Positions 50,895 through 64,000 of a stretch of 64,000 bases of DNA are shown piece after piece (position 1 is the first letter of the stretch; every line of letters begins with the position of its first letter). The position numbers and the translations under genes were made by a program. A model generated the notes under the pieces. That model did no database searches. It was not told where the DNA came from and saw nothing but the letters and a program-made list of their open reading frames with translations. Source of the DNA: Raillietiella orientalis (taxonomy: Eukaryota); assembly GCA_036172245.1 (NCBI GenBank), contig JAYWIR010000001.1, forward strand, positions 7,626,001 through 7,690,000, given 5' to 3'.

Positions 50895-53800
50895 TTTTTC
50901 AGCTGACGGCGAAAACGTGAATGCGAGTTCCCGTGGGAGCATTCAAACGTTCCTATCTGCCTATACCTTGTGTTTAAGGAACCTACGTTTCTTTGACAGT
51001 TCAAAAACGATCAAATTGTGATAATGGTTGGTGCATCCGCCATTCTGGACCCAAAAGTGTTTTGTGATGGCTCGGACTTGAAGATGGCTCATCTTCAGGC
51101 ACTTAGGCATTTGACAGAATCCACGAAGTTCTCAAGAGACTGATTCTGATTTTTTTTTTCCTTTTCTTTTTGAAATGTACATATTTATTCGTATATTTGA
51201 CCTTTATTTGTTGCATATGTTCTGATTCATTTGTATATATGAGAATACACATCTGTTGGTGATTTTTATTCTGTGTAATGATTTGTTTTTGTGTTTTTTT
51301 TTGTACAAGATTGTGGGTCAGATAATTTCCTCAATAAAAGCAATGGTTTTCAATGAAGGAATACGTATGATGTGATTAGGTTTCTGATCAGTAAATGTGA
51401 CATTTTATGCCCAGAAACGAAACTGCTTTGCAATATAGCACAATTAATTTTTGGAAATAAACTTTGTTACCAGAATGGTTTTTTTTTATTTGATAAAAAT
51501 TCGAAGGCAGCTGAGCTGCGTGTTTCTATTTACAGAGAAACCAAGTCGGATGAAGTAATCGATTCACGTTCTCCCCGATTGCATCTCGGAATGCTGTAAA
51601 ATTCGAAGGCTTGCATGTATATCGGGTCATTTCTCTTTATCCGTGGTTCCTTTGTGTATTCGCATGTGTTTAACGCATTGGTAGATCGTGTTTGGACTTT
51701 TGGAGTAGAGCACGGTGCCAGACGCGGGGAAATTTTCCCCTCCAACCCATCAGTCCGTCGCCCCTGCAATGCAACTGGTCCCTCAAATTGGGGATCGAAT
51801 CCCCCCCCCTCCCCCGTATGTGCGTAAATAAGTTCGAATTTTACGATGGGAATTACAATGCACTTAACGTTCGAAACAACACACACACACACACACCCTT
51901 TTTTTTTTCTTTTTTTTTCAAATTATATCCTCAAAGTATGCGCAAATATATTGATTCACGAAAATTTTCCCAAGAGAGAGAGAGATTTAGTGTTGTTTAG
52001 CAAGAGTAATGGAAACTCGTGGAGAATGGAAGCCGACGGTCTCGTGTGAGGTCATGATGGAATGCTGTTCGGACGTTTTTGTGGGCAGGGAGGACGGAAC
52101 ACGGAAATCGAATTCGTATGTACAACTCGAATCGAACGAACACGTTGGCTCCTACGTAATCCTAAGGTTCGAATCGAAGGATTACAAGGGTGATGACTAC
52201 CGACGCGAGCAAGGACTTATCATCGAAGCTCGTACCATATGTTATATGTGTTTATATACCTTTTGAAACGATTCCGAGCACCCCCGTGAACCTGCGTCCC
52301 TTACCAGAAGCGGATGGGAGCAAAATTCACGAAAGCAAGTCACGAGTTTCCCCGTGTACAGTGCGTGTGTGCACGTATTTCACGTGCCCTCAGATGTTAT
52401 TGCCTTCAATAAATGCGTATCTGAATGGTGATGCTGTTTCCAAATCTACGAACCTGAATGCCGCACGAGTAGAGGAGTCACGGTCTCACGGTTGCTTGTG
52501 GCAAACAAACGGCCCTTGCCCAAGACCGATTTCTGTGACTTGAGCAACCTCTCTGCTCCACTCTCCAATCATGCCGTTTTCACAACCCTTTCGCACCAAC
52601 GTTGTGCGTGTGTACCTGCAGACTGGGAGACCGTGCTTGGCAATGTGTTCCGTACGAGGCATGTGTTTCCCTGCATTTTCTCTCAGGGATCGGATTGGCA
52701 AACAGGCATCGCTCAAATTTCCATAAAGGGAGTTTTTGGGTGCGCTTTTTTGATCCAACCTTCCCCCCCCCCTTTTTTTTTTTTACCTTCCAGATTACAG
52801 TATGATAGGATTCATTACCCCCACGACTTTTCCTCATGCTTCCTTCGTTCAGATAAAGGTACACAAGTTCGGTGTACAGATCTCGGATCAATCAGTCGGT
52901 TCGCGAAATCGAAGTGCAGATAACTTTACGCAGCATTTTTGCACTTTCCTCCAGTCAAGCGATGGTGATTCTCTTAAAGTCGGTTCCATTGAACACGCAT
53001 GTGTTCATCACCGCAGTCTAAATATGACTGGGGTGGGGGCTCCTGTTCACCATATCGTCGCAAACCTTTTTCCCCCCGGTAAACGTGAGAATGCAGGCAT
53101 TCACATTTTGGAATCATTTCAATCTTGAGGAAAGATGCGTTTAAGTGACGCACAGTGCAAAGGAATGCGTTTTTTGAGAGGAGAGGATTTTCAGAGAGTT
53201 CGTGAGAAGATTGCGTCGGCGCAATCTGTCCTCTTGCTCTGTTGGTTTGCGCCGAATCTGAATCCAGTGGGGTGCGGGTGGGGGTGTCACCTCCACTCCC
53301 TTACCATTTGTGAAAATCACGTTTCTTGGAAGTTGCAACAAAGTGTAGATAAATGCTGCAGAGTCGTAGTCTTCGTTGGGTATTCTCTTCACAAGGACCA
53401 TCTGCTTCAACTCACGAGCTCTCGTCTGTCGTTCCGAGATTCCATCTCGTGTCTTCCGTGTGACCTTTTGCTTTTCTTCGAGGGGACACCTTACGTACAA
53501 GCAGCCTTCAGACAGGCTGATGGTATATATGCAGTGATACCAGATTCACTCATTCTCAAGTTTTTTTTTTTTGAAAACCGCATGGCGTGTCGACTGTTTT
53601 TGGTTTCGGAAAGAGACACCGATGTGATCTGTGACAGAAAGATGGGTCTCCTACGTCGGAATCTTCCTTTTCTTCTTCTTCTTCTTCTTCTTCATGATTC
53701 TGATTTACGGTAGTGTGATTTTAATGCATTGGGTCTACGTTCCCATCGCTCCTGTGTTTACCAACGCGTGTTTTCATTCGAGGGAGCGAGTTGGTAACCC

Positions 53801-56800
53801 GGAAGTGCGAAATTGAAATTCCCATGCCGAACACAAACCACACAGTGCACATGCACTATCAGTTTGATGAATCATTTTCATTTGTACCTGAAAATGGGTA
53901 ACGAGGGTGTGTTGGCACGTGCGTTAAATAGTGTTTTCACCACGAATGGCTTCCGCTCTTCGTGTTTTCTATATTCCAACCAAAGCAGTCATCAATGGAA
54001 TGTTTTGTGTACGCTTGCTCAATGAAGATTGCATGTTTCACTTCAGAGGATCCTGAGATCGTGTGTTTGTGTGGTTGCAATTTTAGCTTGTGATTCTAAG
54101 AGAATAATTACTCTGCCTATTACATGTGTTCGTGTTTTTTTTCCCCCCCCCTTCAATACATCTCGATTCTTGAAAACCTTTTTCTCAATTTTTGGTTGTT
54201 CTTTTCAGACGTTTGCGTCGCTTCCTAAATAGCCAGTGGACATGAGCACCAACGAGAACTTAGTAAGTGATGAAAAGTGTCTTACTGTGAGCTTGAATGA
54301 AATGGACTTTTGTGGATTTTTATTTGCTTGCCAAATGCACACGTTGCTTACTAATCTGTTGTGATGTGTATAGCTTCCTCATGGATTTCCGCCCGTCGTC
54401 GCAAGTGTCAAATCACAACTGGAAGAGTACATTTTTCAAATTGACAAGTTACCAATTTATCATGAAAAGCAGCAGATATCCTGGAATAGAACTCCATATG
54501 GTGAAAAACTATTTAATGCGAGTATCAGCACCCCCGTTACCCACTTTCAGGTATGAACCAAAAGGATGATTCATTCAATCCGTGGTTTATATGCAGTCGG
54601 GAATTCTTAATTTCGTATTTTCCGTTATGCAAAGTAAACATTGTGTACTTGATGATAAAACATTGTGCATTAAGTTTAGCAACAAATCAGTGATGTTAAT
54701 TGCGAAGTCGGTTCTTCGTGATTCGGTTTGTGTTGTCGTGTGCTTATACTGTACACACAATTTAGCGAGGCAAGAGGGAATCTTTATCTTGACAAGATTG
54801 AGCAATATTTTTTTTTTTTTTTACTCATACCAAGAAAAAACAGATGAAATCTCCATATCTGCGCGCTGTTATTATCGTGAATGCTTCACCGAAATGCACG
54901 TGCGTCATATGAACTTTTACTGAGAGAAATGTAGCAATTTGGCATCCCCAAACCTCGTTTGATCATCGTATAAGTGTGTGCAAGAAGGGGGAATCTCTTC
55001 GACTGCCCACGGTCCCACTAAAAGCCTTGCACTGGGGTGTGCAAATGCTTTTCTCTGTGATGGGGTGGCCCTTGTGTACGTTTTTAGATCTCTGGGCTCG
55101 AGAGTTCTTTCCGAATGCGCTGGAACAGTCATCATAAAAAAAACTGTCTCCAGGGAAAGGAAAAGTCACTGAGAACAACCATCATACTGAATGAGCCGTT
55201 TTTTTTTTTTTTTTTTTTCGAAAGTACTTCCGTGAATGCCTCAGTATGAGAAGGGAAATTGCTGGCACTCAAAAGAGCGCAAATGCAGTGCAATTCTGAA
55301 TGTCGGTTCTGTTCCCGGTGAGCACCTTAAAGTATTGCACCGAACGTTAAGAAAGCACTCTTCTTCAGCCGAGGCTGCTACACTCGAGGCTGTGTCGGGT
55401 CACGCACGAACCTTCGACTTTTGGGATCGTAAACGGAACGCATGGTCATGTGTGCTTTTTCGTATTCGTCGCGTGATGGAGGAACGCTGGTGTTATGCCG
55501 GAGCAGTGCCAATTCGATCCCACACTGCCCTCCTTCGACGGCCCAATTTACCACCATGACGCATACACACAGGGAATGCCTTTACATCATGTGTTCACCT
55601 CGTCTTGATTAGATGATCGTACGATTTTCCGTGTTTATGTTATCTCCAGTTTTTGCGTTTCCGCATTCCCAATCCGTTTTTTTTTTTTTTTTTTTTCCCC
55701 TTCTTCTTCTTCTCTCTCTCCCTTTGCATCGATGAAGTTCATGTTTTTGAGTCACTTACGCACCTTATCAAACCTGTCGTGTATCTCCGAAAAGAGATGC
55801 ATCACATCCTCTAATTGGAAAATACAGTTAGCCTTGTATTTTATTTCTTTGTTCGTTCCTGGCTTGAAACTGCCATTTGCTTTTTGCCATTTTTGCTTGT
55901 GTATGTGTACGGCTGCCTACAATTAAAGAATCTTGTACTGTTAAGCACGTCTAGGAAGAAGCATGTCTTCTGCACGCTTTGCTCTTTGTTTTTTGGTTTG
56001 GTTTGGTTTGGTTTGGTTGTTTGGGGGGGGGGGGTTAAAGGTTTGTCGGCAACCGCCATAAAATCTTGATGAAATCTTCCCGGTCGTTAAAAAATCAATC
56101 CATTTAGACTTTAGAATCTATGCGGGATGGAGGGGTTTTCAGAAAAGCGGTTTTTCTTTCGATCCTTTATGTAAGTGCGCAGACACGCCCATCTTTTAGA
56201 AATAATGATAATAATGGGGAAAGAAAAAAAAAAAAAAAGAAGAAGAAGAAAAAACCCTGCTGTTTTCCATCTTCGAACTCTCGCAGCATGCGGGCTCCGA
56301 AATCTCAAAATCCGGAGAAGATCCCAACCGTTGGCGCAAATCAGGTCGATGCGCAGTAAATGTGGCAGCGGCTCTCAGGCAGTCACCACTGATCGACTCG
56401 AAACGCGCAGATCAACTTGGGGAATGCTTTGAATGGCAAACGTGATCGACTTGAGCGGTGAGATCTTTACAGCCGTAAGTGTGCAACCACTTGAGTTTGC
56501 GAAACATAAGGAGTTCTACGGTTGATTTCTTGCACAAAACGTTCCTCCGTTTTTTCCTTCCGGGAAAAAGATATTTCCCTTGCCTTCCTTTCTCCTAAGA
56601 AAAGGTTCATGCTCGTGGTCAGAACGTCACGTGCTTATGTAACCTTTTCAAATGACCTGCACGTGAATGCTGGATTGTTTTGGGAGAATGGGGAAATACG
56701 TGAAAAAAGGGTTGACTGGCCAATCTGGAGGCATATCCAGATTTTCGAATATAGCAGGGACATTTTTTTTTTTTTTTTTTCAAAAATTATCTGTGCTACA

Positions 56801-56939
56801 AGCTACAAGGGTATAAGCTTGTAATTTGCAGTTCGTTTTTGCGACGATTGTGGGGATAAAGTATCTTGGCAACAGGATGCCAAGCGTTTTAAATGGCACT
56901 GAGGTCGATCTCTTAAAGGGCACTTTCTATTCTTTGCAG

Positions 56940-59900
56940 CTGGAAAGAAACATAGATACTTGCAATGTCACCGGTTTCAAAGAAGTTTCTCGCGGAAACT
57001 GCAACAAAACCAATCAAAATTCCACCTCACTGCAAAGAGCTCCCGATCGCCTCAGTAATTCCATCAAAGGGAATACGAGGTGTCTTCCTTTCCTTCCTGG
57101 CGGGATGGCTGAATCAAGCCCACCCTTGAGTCATGACAAAGCAGATCTGTTTAACCTGGAAAAAGGTTGGAAAATCGAATGTACATCTGGTGCTTTCCCG
57201 TTCTTGGAGTTGCGCAGACAGTTCATACATTGCGTTTCTAGATTGGCTTATGATCGCGCCAGGGCTGAAACACGGGATCAACTTTAAGGACGCCGTTGTA
57301 ATCGATGCTCAAGGAAATACTGTGAATGGGATCGCGAATGCAGAAAACTGTGTCAGCAGTTCCAAGTTCTTCGACATTTCCGATACGTACTCCTGCATCG
57401 ATGATGAATTGGGTCCGTCGACGTGTGATGCGGCGGAAGCTGCCAAAGTAGAAACCGAAAGCGAAGAAGAGAAGCCATCAGAGAGGTCGTCAGCACACCC
57501 CGACAGCACTCGTGTTCCTCGAAATGTTAGTGGTTAATCCGTCGGGTCAGTTTCATCATCACTTTTATAAGGATGTGCGGAAAGTGGAGTTCAAAGCCAT
57601 CGGCACCCCGCAGTCTCCCCAGAATGCAACAGAATGGGCAGAAAGCGTAAACTTTTCCTTGGACACAAAAGAGTTTCATAGGAAAGTGCCGAATCCTGCT
57701 TTTTCCTGGCCATTTGAACTCGACGATTTCCAAAAACAGGTGTGTATTCCACTAAATCGTTGAGTTCATCTCAGGTGACAGATCGGTAGGCTATCATTTG
57801 TTTGGAAGCTCAGGAAAATATATTGGTTGCTGCACACACGTCAGCCGGGAAGACAGTTGTAGCGGAATACGCAATTGCACTGGCTCAGCGACACATGACC
57901 AAAACTATTTACACGTCTCCTATAAAGGCCTTATCCAATCAGAAGTTCAGGGATTTTAAAGAAGTGTTCACAGATGTAGGCCTTCTTACAGGGGATGTGC
58001 AAATTCGTCCAGAGGCATCGTGTTTGATCATGACAACAGAAATTCTTCGCACAATGCTATATCGAGGCAGTGACATCATCAGGGATGTCGAATGGGTCAT
58101 CTTTGACGAAGTGCATTACATCAACGACGCAGAGGTTCATACATAGCACTCTAACAAGATTCTATTCTTGCAACATTAGAGAGGTGTCGTCTGGGAAGAA
58201 GTGTTGATAATGCTCCCTCAACATATAAGCATCATCTTGTTATCAGCCACAATTCCGAATGTCATGGAATTCGCCGATTGGGTAGGGCGAATTAAGGAAA
58301 AGAAAATGAAAGTGATGAGTACGTCCAAGCGCCCAGTCCCACTGGAGCATTATCTGTATACGGGCACAGGAGGAAAAACGAGAGACGAAATTTTCCTGCT
58401 CGTTGACTCTGTTGGAAATTTTCGTACCGAAGGGTATGATGTTTTCAGCTGTGTGTATTGTATTTTAATAAGGAGAGAGCAGGTACAAAAAAGCGCTGCA
58501 GGCCAAGAAGGAAAATCACGCGAAGGCCCACAAAGCAAACTTCCGAAGTGTGCCTACGTCGCAGAGAGACCACGTCATCTGGATAGGCCTCATAGATCAC
58601 TTGAAGCGCAACGATAAGCTCCCGGTCGTAGCTTTCACTCTTTCCAGGAACAGGTGGTTGTGGTCGTGAAGAATTTTTACTAACCTTCGAGAGCCTGCTG
58701 CGTATGTAGGTGCGACCAGAACGCTGCTTTGCTCAGCTCGGTGGATTTTACGACGCAGAGAGAAAAGTCTCACATCCACGTTTTCATCAAGGAGAAATGT
58801 CTGCAGCGCCTGAAAGGATCCGACTGCCAGCTTCCGCAAATCTTGCACATGACGGAACTTTTAAGCAGAGGCATCGCAGTCCACCACAGTGGGATTTTGC
58901 CCATCCTCAAGGAAATCATAGAAATGTTGTTCCAGCAAGGATTCATCAAGGTAGTCGTCAGTGTTGCCGTTGAAAGCGTTCTCAGTGGATTTTTCAGCTG
59001 CTATTCGCGACCGAAACGTTCGCGATGGGTGTCAACATGCCAGCGCGTACCGTGATCTTCGATTCCCTAACGAAACACGACGGCGTACAAACGAGAAATC
59101 TGTTGCCCAGCGAATACATTCAGATGGCTGGGCGTGCTGGGAGGAGAGGGATAGACTCTACCGGCACGGTCATAATTTTGTGCAAGCAGGAAGTGTTCGA
59201 AATGGGGGACCTTCATGCCATGATGCTTGGGAAATCCACTCCTCTCGACTCGAAGTTTAGATTGACATATTCAATGATCCTTAATCTCTTGAGAGTCCAG
59301 CAGTTCCGTGTCGAAGACATGATGCAAAGGTCTTTTTGCGAGCGTAAATTTCAAAAGAACATGAAAGTGTTTCTCGAACAGCTGGGGCAGCTTGAAGCGA
59401 AAATGAAAAGTCACTGCCGACTGGTCAGTGCATCCATTCAAAACGACTTTCAGGATTATTACAAAACATGCCAAAGATATCTTGCTCTGAAACGGGATGC
59501 AATGGTATGATCCCGTTTACTTTTACTTGATGCAATGACGCTCTGTGTTCGCGCACTTACAGAGCAAATTATTCGTCATCCCGCAGTTCCTCAAAGTGTT
59601 GTGCAATGGAAGGATGGTGATCATAAGTTGGAAACATCTTCCTAAAGAGATAGCCATCATATTGTCCTTTTCTAAGAATTGCAAAGAGTATCAAGTGCTC
59701 GTTTTGGATAAAGCAGACATCGGGGACATCAGTGAAGAAGAAGAGGAATTTCTGGTCTACCTGTTTGCGTGGAAGAGTGACTTTGCGGTTCCCATCCAGA
59801 TGTGTGTTCCCAGAGTGATCACTATTAAGCAGCACCACATATGGGAAGTCACTTCGCACGTAGCACACGTCCAGTGTGACAAAGTGCTTGCGGATTGGAG

Positions 59901-61052
59901 TAAGCGACAGCAGTATCGATTTAAGTAATATGCCATGTACAGAAGGAAGGCCTTCTATTAAACATGCTGATTTCAGAGATGACCCCCCGGGAGAAAGTTT
60001 CGCCGCAGCCGTTCAAGAATTACATAAAGTCAAACAGATTTCACCTTCATTGAATGTGCTCTCGTTGGCCAAAGATTTTGGGCATCTTGACGTGGACACC
60101 ACCGTTCAAATAAAGGAAATGAGCACACTTCTGCAATGCCTCCGGAGTTTCTCGTGCACGGCTCATCCTGATTTCGAAGAATTGGTCTGCTTTTTTTTTT
60201 TCCTTCCTCTTTCCTCTCTCTTTGCATTTTAAGAAGTCGAATGTGAAAATTACCACCCCATAGTTTCGGCATGAATTTCATGTTTTAAGATATGAAGAGC
60301 AAATCAAGAAGTTGCAGTTCAATCTTTCTGAGGATAGCTTGCTTTTAATACCGGACTACCGAGCAAGGCTGCATGCTCTTCAGCGTCTTGGTTATCTGAA
60401 TTCGCAACGCTCTGTGGTGCTGAAAGGACGGGTTGCGTGCGAGATGAGCAACCACGAACTTCTTTTAACGGAGATAATTCTGGAGAACGTATTGAGCGAT
60501 CTTGAACCGCCTGCGGTTGCGTCTCTCCTGTCCACACTTGTCTTCCAGCAAGCGAAGTGCAGCGAACCTCTCATTCCACAGTGCATGAAAAAAGTCAGTA
60601 CAGCCAGATTTGTGTACATCTGTACATTCCCTTTTTTGTTTTTCCTTCTTCTCTTCTCTTTTCCTTCCTTCCCTTTCTTTTTAGCCTCTCAATGCTCTGA
60701 AAGCAGCTGCTCGTCGCATCGAATCCGTGCAGCAGGAATTTGGCGTTCAAGATCCCATAGAAGAAGAGCTTCACATTGGGCTTGTGGAAGTCGTTTACGA
60801 ATGGGCCAGAGGAATGGTAACTTGACTTTTTCCATGATATCATCCTTGTAGCCTTTCGCCGAGATAACGCAGTTGACGGACGTTCAAGAAGGAGTTATCG
60901 TTCGATGTATCCAGCGACTAGATGAAATGCTGAGAGACGTGAAAGATGCAGCTCGCATAATCGGCGATCCCATACTTGGCAAAAAAATGGAAGCTACATC
61001 AACAGCCATCAAAAGAGATATAGTGTTTGCCGCAAGTCTCTATACACAGTGA
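56940..61052 (+). CDS. SKIV2L: SKI2-like DExH RNA helicase (SKI complex), multi-exon with short introns; true start probably upstream (candidate ATG 56433)
   Basis: Ski2 N-terminal motifs (STSLQRAP...[15 protein letters not shown]), [75 protein letters not shown], and C-terminal [13 protein letters not shown] (TGA 61050-61052). Confidence 0.95.
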
Positions 61053-63114
61053 ATATGTTAAAAGTGCGAAAGTTTGTTTTTATTTATACTTTATTGCGTG
61101 ATCAATATGGACTGTGTATCAATTACACAAGAACACGAAATTCTTCTTTCGTGCGAATGATTTTTCTCCCCGCAGACACTCCATGACACTAAACTTTGCA
61201 TGCTTGAAGTTTCCACACTGAGTACTTAATGTTGAGAATCTGGAAGTATTAGTAAACCTTGTTCAAATGGCAACTTCGTGTATGACATAATGTTGAAGGC
61301 ATTTGCCATTTTTTTTTTTTTTTTATCAGGGTACTTTTTCTTAAGCACCTATAAGCGTTCCATTTTTAGCCTCATGTGAAGCCATCCTCTGTTTTTGATT
61401 CGCATAACATTCTGTTTGAAAAAAAATATCTGAACCCTGTGGTGGAAATATCATATCCCATGAACGGACGCGGTTATTTGCAACACGTTCAGCTTTCAAA
61501 AGCATTTTCCACGATCCTTTCTCCAGATCCCGCTTGTGCACATTCCCAATTTGCTGTCTCGAGTCCGGCAGAGTCAGCTTCTTGCGCTTCTTTTTGTGTG
61601 TCCGAAGGCACTGGTGCATTGCTTTTCGAGTCTGCCTCTTGCAGGAAACCCTCCTATGGAAATGAGTCACATTAACAGTCGTTTTCCGTTGATAAGTGCC
61701 CGACACATTTTTGGGTATGCTTTGCTTCTGTGTTGCCGCCACTTTTGTTTCTCGGTACCTCGTTCCAACATGATTCCTACATTTCTTCAAAGAACCGTAA
61801 TTGGTAACTTAGTTCTTGTCTGTGAGCCCAAGATCTAATTTGAGTGTAAGAAATCCGCAATGGGAATATAAAATCGTCAAATTGAGGGATGAGGTTTTAA
61901 TAGGTACCACACGTAGCAAAGGTTTCCTTTCTTCCCTGCGGTGCAAAATCGCTGGTGTCTCCCAAGACTAAACGACCTCTTGCAAAAGGTCGTATGCAAA
62001 AGGTGTAACGTCAGAAATGCCCCTCCCGGATGTCTCCATCGTTCAAGCATTATAGAAACGCTTTCTACGATTGGGTGCTATGATTTAGACTTTGACAACG
62101 TCATACAGTAAGAGGCTTTACTCCGTTGATGAAGTTTCAAACCATCCTCACATTTGTGAAATTCGAAAGATAAGATTGTAAAGAAAGCATTTACGGTGCG
62201 AACGGAGAGGTAGGTGTACCAAAGAATTCTGTGTTCAGGATTGCGAAGTAAATCTCCTCCAAGGTAAGAATTATGGTTTATAGAAGAAACTGTGACCTCA
62301 TCTGGATTGAGATAAATCTTTTTTCTTCATTAAATGAAGCACATTTGCTCACAGTGTTTAGGACGTTTGAGCAGTGGGTAAGGAGGCTAGGAAATTATCT
62401 GAGATTACATACGGCTATCCCTAATGTACTAACATATGTTTGTATTGTGACGAATGCAATAAAAATTCCGAAGATATGAATGCTGTACCGAGCTTCCAGG
62501 ATCCTGATAAGGTTCATTAAACAAAACTGATTACTCTGCTAAATGGATTCTTTCATATTTTACGAATTTGGTTAAAGTGGAATGATATCTCAGACTCTAT
62601 CGATGGAGGACCTCCGTTCCTGTGGTCCCTTTTTTATACGGCAGAGATCATTTCCACAAAATTACGGGTTTAGCAGAACAAGTCGTAATCGAATGTAATG
62701 GTGAAACATCTTCAGATGAAGGTTGCCAATCGAACCAGTTTCCGGCAGAACGTTGGTTTTTCGTAAAATATATATATATATATATATATATTTAAATGAA
62801 GAATGCTCGCGAATCAAACGGGAGAACTCGGCAACCGTCAGTGGTGGTTCCGTCGCACGAAGGCCGAAATGATTTTTGTGAAACACCCTCGTGTTACAGA
62901 GTTCTCCTCGCTCCGTGATCTGAACGTCCCAAGGAAACGCATGCTTGCGATTTTTTTCCGAAAGACATTGACGTTTAATGGTAAATGATGATGAAACTGC
63001 AGTGAGTTTCGTTCAAGGTTTCCCACGTACCGTGCTGCCAACCAAACTGGTACACTTGAACATTTGCTCAGCTCCGGTGTGCTTGTTCACGTATCTTCGA
63101 GCGTGCCTTGAAAA

Positions 63115-64000
63115 ATGGGGTTCATCGAAGATTCCTTTGTGATGTTTTTGTCGCAGGTCAGAAATGAGAATCCAATGTTCCAATCGTGCATTTTGTGTCT
63201 GTCTTAAAGATTCTTTTCTTTGTCGGCGGTTGGGTTTTTTTTTTGAAACAGCTGTTTCGAGATCATGAAGTTCATCATCCCATTGTCGTACTGCTATTTT
63301 CTGTTACTTTTTCATTATCGTGCACCATGTTTGAGCTAATTATTTTTGAAATCCTTGATGTTCTGGATTCCAGGTAACAAGCGTGACAAGCGTTACTTGC
63401 AAATGGTTTCACACATTTTAGTTCCCGCTTTTTTCATTGGAAGCTTGGCCTATACCTGATGCTGTTTATGCTGATTGTGTTGATACCGTTTTATGTCAGT
63501 TACTTTATCATCAGCAATGTAAAATTAGGTAGGCACAAATTAGTGTGTGGATATTATATCATGAGACAATACAGGAAGCCAGAGTCTCAGATTTCATTTG
63601 ACCTTTATTAGCTGGATGATATTTATATATTTTTTTTGGAAAATTGGAGATCCATTTCCTATAAAATCCCCAAAACATGGCATATTTTCCATAGAACAGA
63701 TCATCAGTAGGATTGGGGTGATAGGAGTGACAGTTATGGCATGCTTATCTGGTTTTGGTGCTGTTAACTATCCTTATACCTCAATGACCATGTTTATGAG
63801 GTAATGCTATTAAAAATTAATTGACATAATGCAAGTTGTTAGGCCTGTTACCAATCAGGATATTCAGACACTGGAAAAAAAAATACTTCAGACATTAAAT
63901 ATGTTGAGCTTGAAAAAAAAGCGAATTGCTTTGGCTGAACGTGATGCTCTCATAAAAAAGGAAATGCAGTCATCCAGGCAGTCTTCTGGATTATGGGGAT
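63115..64000 (+). CDS. GPR89: Golgi pH regulator GPR89/GPHR, 5' part (exons 63115-63156, 63210-63373, 63422-63528, 63575-63800, 63843 to window end)
   Basis: MGFIEDSFVMFLSQ|ILFFVGGWVFFLKQLF...FSLSCTMFELIIFEIL, FWKIGDPFPIKSPKHGIFSIEQIISRIGVIGVTVMACLSGFGAVNYPYTSM; GT-AG junctions in consistent phase. Confidence 0.95.

Noticed and set aside
1..64000. CRISPR arrays, tRNA, rRNA, hammerhead ribozymes, intact transposases or reverse transcriptases
   Set aside because: No repeat-spacer periodicity, cloverleaf, rRNA motif, complete CTGAnGA/GAAA core or RT/transposase ORF was seen by eye; a covariance-model scan could still find weak cases.

Overview
Eukaryotic (animal, most likely arthropod) genomic DNA with spliceosomal introns; most of the supplied ORF track is GC-driven noise. 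About 1-28 kb is very GC/CpG-rich and holds a 4-exon vestigial/VGLL gene (12069-25384, +, ~327 aa) with a 10.7-kb intron and a long upstream non-coding region. The AT-richer remainder holds a complete 7-exon spermine synthase (34223-36142, -). Head-to-head with it is an intronless, GC-rich, frameshifted and 3'-truncated DCAF1/VprBP (mahjong) pseudogene (~36990-39549, +). Further along are a 35-nt U2 snRNA 5' fragment (48590-48624), a small single-coding-exon Ser-rich protein gene (50487-50894, +), the SKI2/SKIV2L helicase (~56.9-61.05 kb, +) and the 5' part of GPR89 (63115 to window end, +). Stretches at ~26-33 kb, ~43-47 kb and ~52-56 kb show splice signals or hairpins that I could not assign to known genes. 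All identifications come from manual translation and recalled motifs; no searches were run. I found no clearly new biological system, only the candidates listed.
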